From: Desulfotalea psychrophila LSv54
GTDB taxonomy: Bacteria > Desulfobacterota > Desulfobulbia > Desulfobulbales > Desulfocapsaceae
DNA length: 32,000 nt
Direction: 5' to 3'
Assembly: GCF_000025945.1 (NCBI RefSeq)
Contig: NC_006138.1
Coordinates: forward strand, 3,150,001-3,182,000
Shown here one piece after another: positions 28,061-32,000 of this stretch (position 1 is the first letter of the stretch; every line of letters starts with the position of its first letter). The notes under the pieces were generated by a model. The model searched no databases. It saw only the letters and a list, made by a program, of their open reading frames with translations, and was not told the origin of the DNA. A program made the position numbers and the translations under genes.

Positions 28061-28222
28061 ATAATAACGGCGAAGATTTCCGTCCTTGATAATTACTGAA
28101 TAAAGAAAAATATACTTTCTATTTGCAATATATAAAAAAAAGCCTATTTTTTGATAGCCTATGAAAGCTTTTTAATAAAGAGTTTCTCTCTTTAATTTAA
28201 TGATAAAAAACAAAAAAATCCT

Positions 28223-29809
28223 ATGAGTAAACAACTTGAGCAGGAAATCGCCAAACGGCGAACCTTTGGTATCATCAGTCACCCCGATGCAGGTAAAACA
28301 ACCCTTACAGAAAAGCTTCTCCTCTTTGGTGGCGCCATCAATATGGCAGGAGCAGTAAAATCTCGTAAGATTGAGCGCAAGGCAACCAGTGACTGGATGG
28401 CAATTGAACAGGAACGTGGAATTTCAGTTACAACCTCTGTAATGAAATTCACCTACAGGGAACATGAGATAAACCTCCTTGACACCCCGGGTCACCAGGA
28501 TTTTTCAGAGGATACCTATCGTGTACTGACGGCTGTTGACTCCGCAATTATGGTCATAGACAGCGCCAAGGGTGTTGAGGCTCAGACAGAAAAGCTCATG
28601 GAAGTATGTCGGATGCGTAATACTCCGATTATAACCTTTATCAATAAGCTTGACAGAGAAGGAATGCATCCACTTGATATCATGGCTGATATCGAGGACA
28701 AACTTCAGATAGAATGCGCTCCTCTCTCCTGGCCCATCGGTATGGGAAAAGACTTCAAGGGCGTTTACAATATCTACCAAAAGCGCCTGCATCTCTTTAC
28801 ACCGGGCACAGAAAGCATTGATGGTCAGGGGCAGATGATTGAAGACCTTGACGACCCCCTCCTCGATGAACTCCTTGGCCGTCAGGCAGTTGAACTCCGA
28901 GAGGACCTTGAGCTTCTGGCAGGGGCAGCCACCCCCTTGGAGTATGACCAGTATCTCAGTGCCACCCAATCACCTGTCTTTTTTGGAAGTGCCGTTAATA
29001 ATTTTGGTGTTCAGGAAATGCTTGACGCCTTTATTGACATGGCTCCTGCTCCCGGCCCGCGCATGGCTGTCAGCCGTGAAGTGCTGCCAAGCGAAGAAAA
29101 TTTTTCCGGTTTTGTCTTTAAGATACAAGCCAATATGGATCCTGCCCATCGGGATCGTATTGCCTTTTTCCGCATCTGTTCCGGCAAATTTACCCGAGGC
29201 ATGAAGGTACATCACCACCGTCTCGGCAAAGATATATCGCTTGCCAACGCCACCATCTTTATGGCCCAGGAACGAGCCAACGTAGAAGAGGCATGGCCTG
29301 GGGATATTATCGGCATTCATAACCATGGCACAATCAAGATCGGTGACACCTTTTCTATAAAAGAGCCCCTTAAGTTCACCGGCATACCCAACTTTGCGCC
29401 AGAACATTTTAGACGGGTTATCCTGAAAAACCCGCTAAAGATGAAGCAACTGCAAAAGGGCCTTATTCAGCTCGCTGAAGAGGGTGCTATCCAGGTATTT
29501 CGTCCAATCATTGGTGCTGATTATATCATGGGGGCAGTTGGTGTACTGCAGTTTGAGGTAACCATGGCACGACTCAAAAATGAGTATAGTGTTGATGCTA
29601 TCTACGAGCCTATCTCTTATCAGGCTGCCCGTTGGGTGAGCTGTGAAGATAAGAAGGCCCTGGCTGAATTTGAGAAGAAGAATCAATCAACTCTGGCCCG
29701 TGACTCAGAGGGATTCCTCACCCATCTTGCCCAAAGCGACTGGATGCTCAACTTCTTTATGGAAAAATGGCCTAATATCGACTTCCATAAGACCCGAGAA
29801 AACATTTAG
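28223..29809 (+). CDS. prfC: Peptide chain release factor 3
   Basis: 528 aa. GTPase motifs [24 protein letters not shown] and NKLDR. Full-length RF3-like domains. Confidence 0.96.
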   Translation: MSKQLEQEIAKRRTFGIISHPDAGKTTLTEKLLLFGGAINMAGAVKSRKIERKATSDWMAIEQERGISVTTSVMKFTYREHEINLLDTPGHQDFSEDTYRVLTAVDSAIMVIDSAKGVEAQTEKLMEVCRMRNTPIITFINKLDREGMHPLDIMADIEDKLQIECAPLSWPIGMGKDFKGVYNIYQKRLHLFTPGTESIDGQGQMIEDLDDPLLDELLGRQAVELREDLELLAGAATPLEYDQYLSATQSPVFFGSAVNNFGVQEMLDAFIDMAPAPGPRMAVSREVLPSEENFSGFVFKIQANMDPAHRDRIAFFRICSGKFTRGMKVHHHRLGKDISLANATIFMAQERANVEEAWPGDIIGIHNHGTIKIGDTFSIKEPLKFTGIPNFAPEHFRRVILKNPLKMKQLQKGLIQLAEEGAIQVFRPIIGADYIMGAVGVLQFEVTMARLKNEYSVDAIYEPISYQAARWVSCEDKKALAEFEKKNQSTLARDSEGFLTHLAQSDWMLNFFMEKWPNIDFHKTRENI

Positions 29810-29840
29810 GGACTCGCTTGAAAAGCTGAGCCTTAAAAAA

Positions 29841-29875
29841 AATCTCTACTTCTCTAAATTCGAGGAGTAGAGATT
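29841..29875. terminator. Hairpin between convergent prfC and the DUF134 gene (bidirectional terminator candidate)
   Basis: AATCTCTACTTCT (29841-29853) pairs with AGGAGTAGAGATT (29863-29875), 13 bp including one G-U pair. An A-run lies upstream, giving a T-run for the minus-strand transcript. Confidence 0.6.
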
Positions 29876-29897
29876 GTATTCCAAACTCTCCAGATAC

Positions 29898-30191
29898 CTA
29901 CAAATCCTCCCCATCTTCTGCAAAGACAAGGGCATGCCCCTCGGTAAGGGCAAGTGCCACCTTTTTGCGGACACCTGAAATAATTCTTTGAATTGTCCCC
30001 CGGGAAACCCCCATTTTTTCCCCTGCCTGTTCCTGGGTAAGACCTTCTCCATCACAGAGCCGAAGTGCCTCCAGCTCATCCTGATAAATTTCAACCTGTT
30101 CTATCTCAGAGAGAGGCCGACCAGTAGGTTTAAAGGCTCGGCGACAAAAACTTCTCTGGCAATATCGAATTTTTTTAGGTCGTGGTGACAT
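29898..30191 (-). CDS. DUF134/UPF0251 family predicted DNA-binding protein
   Basis: MSPRPKKIRYC...FKPTGRP...DELEALRLCDGEGLTQEQAGEKMGVSRGTIQRIISGVRKKVA matches the UPF0251 pattern, a sigma70 region-4-like HTH. ATG 30191 is preferred over the tracked TTG 30203. Confidence 0.85.
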   Translation of the reverse strand: MSPRPKKIRYCQRSFCRRAFKPTGRPLSEIEQVEIYQDELEALRLCDGEGLTQEQAGEKMGVSRGTIQRIISGVRKKVALALTEGHALVFAEDGEDL

Positions 30192-30674
30192 AAATCTTCT
30201 CAAATTTAGAAATAACGCTACTCAAAAGAGGCTACAGATGCCTCTAAAAACATTTTAGTAAAAGAGCTCTTACCGCTCTGGCCTACTCTTTCCTGAATAC
30301 AGATCTTTTTATACCCCGCCTAGGCATATAAGGCAAACAAGTCCGTGAACAGACCAGCGATTAACAGTAGGCACCAGCTCTATAAATCTCTATCGATTAC
30401 AAAAAACAGGCCTTGGGATTGAATTACTCTGGCCTTAATCCGCCAAACTTACTATGAGGAGTAGCAGGTCAGATGGTATTTCTGTTACTGAGCTTATAGA
30501 ACGGGTATTATGCATAAAGACAGACAAACCGGTACACACCGTCAATATAATTTCCAGAGTAATCCAAGGCATTAAAACTACCAACAAGAAATAGACATAA
30601 GCAGATCTATGCATTACATTATAGCCAATCTCAACACATAGTTTCACCAATTCTTACAAATAATTGCCCTTTTT

Positions 30675-31256
30675 ATGTCGAAAAAATCACTCCCTGCTTT
30701 CTTAACTTTACTCTTGACCCTCTCTAGCCTTTTTTTACCCCAGGCTCAGGCTCAGGATCCGGAAAAACAGGCAATACTCTCTCAACTCACCGCTGCCAAC
30801 TCCCAAAAAGATCTTCTCCTTTTTGGTAATCTAGAGAACAGCTTTAATGAAAGGGCAGTTGCAAGCCTGAAAAATGGCATAGCCCTACACTGTGATTTTT
30901 TCGTGGAGCTCTACAAGACGGCCCCCAACTGGCCGGACGAACTGATCAACAATAAAACTTTCAAACACTCCATATCTTACAATACCCTTAAAGATGATTA
31001 CGTCATTAAGCTTCAGGAAAAAAAAGAGCACAATATTCGCTCCGCATCCCTCCATGAAGCCCAGAAAATATTCCAGCAACTCAACGATGTACAGGTAGTG
31101 CCACTCTCGCAACTCATCCCAGACCAGCAGTACACCATTCGTATCAGGGCTGAGCTTAGCCAAGAATCTCTGCCCCCCGGAGTGACAAACATTCTTCCCT
31201 TTGTGACAAGTTCAAATATAAAGACAAAGTGGTATCCCATTGAGTTTAAATACTAG
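30675..31256 (+). CDS. DUF4390-like periplasmic protein
   Basis: 193 aa. Signal peptide ending AQAQAQD. The size, sequence pattern and position directly upstream of an NtrY-type kinase match the DUF4390 family. The family assignment is from memory. No obvious SD. Confidence 0.6.
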   Translation: MSKKSLPAFLTLLLTLSSLFLPQAQAQDPEKQAILSQLTAANSQKDLLLFGNLENSFNERAVASLKNGIALHCDFFVELYKTAPNWPDELINNKTFKHSISYNTLKDDYVIKLQEKKEHNIRSASLHEAQKIFQQLNDVQVVPLSQLIPDQQYTIRIRAELSQESLPPGVTNILPFVTSSNIKTKWYPIEFKY

Positions 31257-31279
31257 CTCAAAAAAACTACGGACGATCA

Positions 31280-32000
31280 ATGCATAATCTTGTAGACAAA
31301 AACAGCAGCAAATTCACCGAAGAGGAACAACGCCGACATAAACAAAAATTAATCCGTCGGGTAATTGTTCTCTGTCTTTGTCTCATCCCCCTTTTTATCT
31401 GGGTACAGAGCTATCTCGTCACCTCAAGGGGCGAGTCTAGCTTCAATAACAATATCCTGATATTTGCCCTCATCAATATAAACGTACTGCTGGTTCTTTT
31501 TGTCCTCTTTCTGGTATTACGTAATCTGGCCGAGCTCCTCTTTGAAAGACGAATCAGCAAACTTGGCAGAACACTTAAAACAAAACTCATTGCCTCTTTT
31601 CTCTCTCTCTCCCTCATACCAACCATCCTTCTTTTTTTTGTTGCCCTACAGTTTGTCTCCACCAGCATGGATTATTGGTTCAACACAAATATCGAAAATT
31701 CCCTTGAAGAGTCCCTTAAACTGGCCCAATCACTTTATCAGGATAAAAAAGAGCAGGCGGGTGACATAGGAAGAGCAATAGCCAAAACGCTTGAGGAAAA
31801 AGAGGGGCAAAAACAGAGCTCTGAAGATATTCAGCATATATTTAACAGTGCTACCTCCTACAATGGCATCGAGGGCCCAGATAGCATCAGCCTCATAGGC
31901 CATGAACAAAAGACAGAGGTCCAATCTCTTAGTGCAGATCTTGCCGGCATCTCTCTACCCAATATCCCCATCGCTACCCTGCAAAAGGTGAGAGAACAGC
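31280..32000 (+). CDS. NtrY-like sensor histidine kinase, N-terminal membrane/sensor part (partial, continues beyond the window)
   Basis: My own translation; the ORF is not in the track because it is open-ended. It begins MHNLVDKNSSKFTEEEQRRHKQKLIRR, followed by TM segments VIVLCLCLIPLFIW, ILIFALININVLLVLFVLFLVL and LIASFLSLSLIPTILLFFVAL. There is no stop through position 32000. The topology is typical of NtrY-type kinases. Confidence 0.65.
   Translation, partial: MHNLVDKNSSKFTEEEQRRHKQKLIRRVIVLCLCLIPLFIWVQSYLVTSRGESSFNNNILIFALININVLLVLFVLFLVLRNLAELLFERRISKLGRTLKTKLIASFLSLSLIPTILLFFVALQFVSTSMDYWFNTNIENSLEESLKLAQSLYQDKKEQAGDIGRAIAKTLEEKEGQKQSSEDIQHIFNSATSYNGIEGPDSISLIGHEQKTEVQSLSADLAGISLPNIPIATLQKVREQ

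Noticed and set aside
28505-29407. Long antisense ORFs inside prfC (154 aa and 145 aa). Similar ones lie inside fabF (830-1270), rnd (7816-8232), ffh (9512-9865) and the radical SAM gene
   Set aside because: They lie entirely within strongly supported genes on the opposite strand. They have no recognisable motifs or SD sequences. Their composition is what is expected from the antisense frame of coding DNA.
30435-30650. 71-aa (59 aa from ATG 30614) one-TM ORF on the minus strand in the DUF134/DUF4390 spacer
   Set aside because: There is no SD and no recognisable family. It has a TTG start in the tracked form, and its length is within what AT-rich non-coding DNA yields by chance. I mention it only inside the spacer finding.
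1-32000. Search for a defence island, mobile element, CRISPR array, tRNA/rRNA gene, prophage or toxin-antitoxin module
   Set aside because: I saw no spaced direct repeats, no transposase, integrase or recombinase-like ORFs, no tRNA-like T-arm signatures in intergenic DNA, and no abrupt compositional break. Every long ORF is a conserved housekeeping or envelope gene in a familiar syntenic context.

Overview
This window is almost entirely conserved housekeeping genes, and I found no convincing novel multi-gene system.

**Gene content**
- Minus strand, 90-6902: a lipid-synthesis cluster, rpiB, fabF, acpP, fabG, [etfA/etfB relics], fabH, plsX, rpmF, yceD.
- Plus strand, 7211-15929: rnd, then the translation and tRNA-modification block ffh, rpsP, KH protein, rimM, trmD, SPOUT-like gene, rplS, rnhB, yraN, followed by pdxA and tmk.
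- Envelope-related set, 15934-28060: TPR lipoprotein, LolB-like lipoprotein, an orphan secreted protein, a fused radical-SAM protein, PBP4-like peptidase, GT4 glycosyltransferase, SYLF protein, waaA and an MFS transporter.
- 28223-32000: prfC, a DUF134 regulator, and a DUF4390 gene followed by the 5' part of an NtrY-like histidine kinase that runs off the window end.

Gene order and protein sequences fit a Desulfobacterota (Desulfobulbales-like) chromosome. That placement is inference only.

**Not found:** rRNA, tRNA, CRISPR array, transposase or integrase, prophage, or a recognisable defence or toxin-antitoxin module.

**Anomalies**
1. The slot normally held by fabD, between fabH and fabG, contains about 1.2 kb of decayed electron-transfer-flavoprotein genes (etfB plus etfA). 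They carry deletions, a frameshift and an internal stop, and have no ATG or SD.
2. plsX in the same operon is split by an apparent 1-nt frame disruption.

The other observations are minor: an orphan secreted protein, operator-like palindromes and conserved genes of unknown function. I rate them low to moderate.
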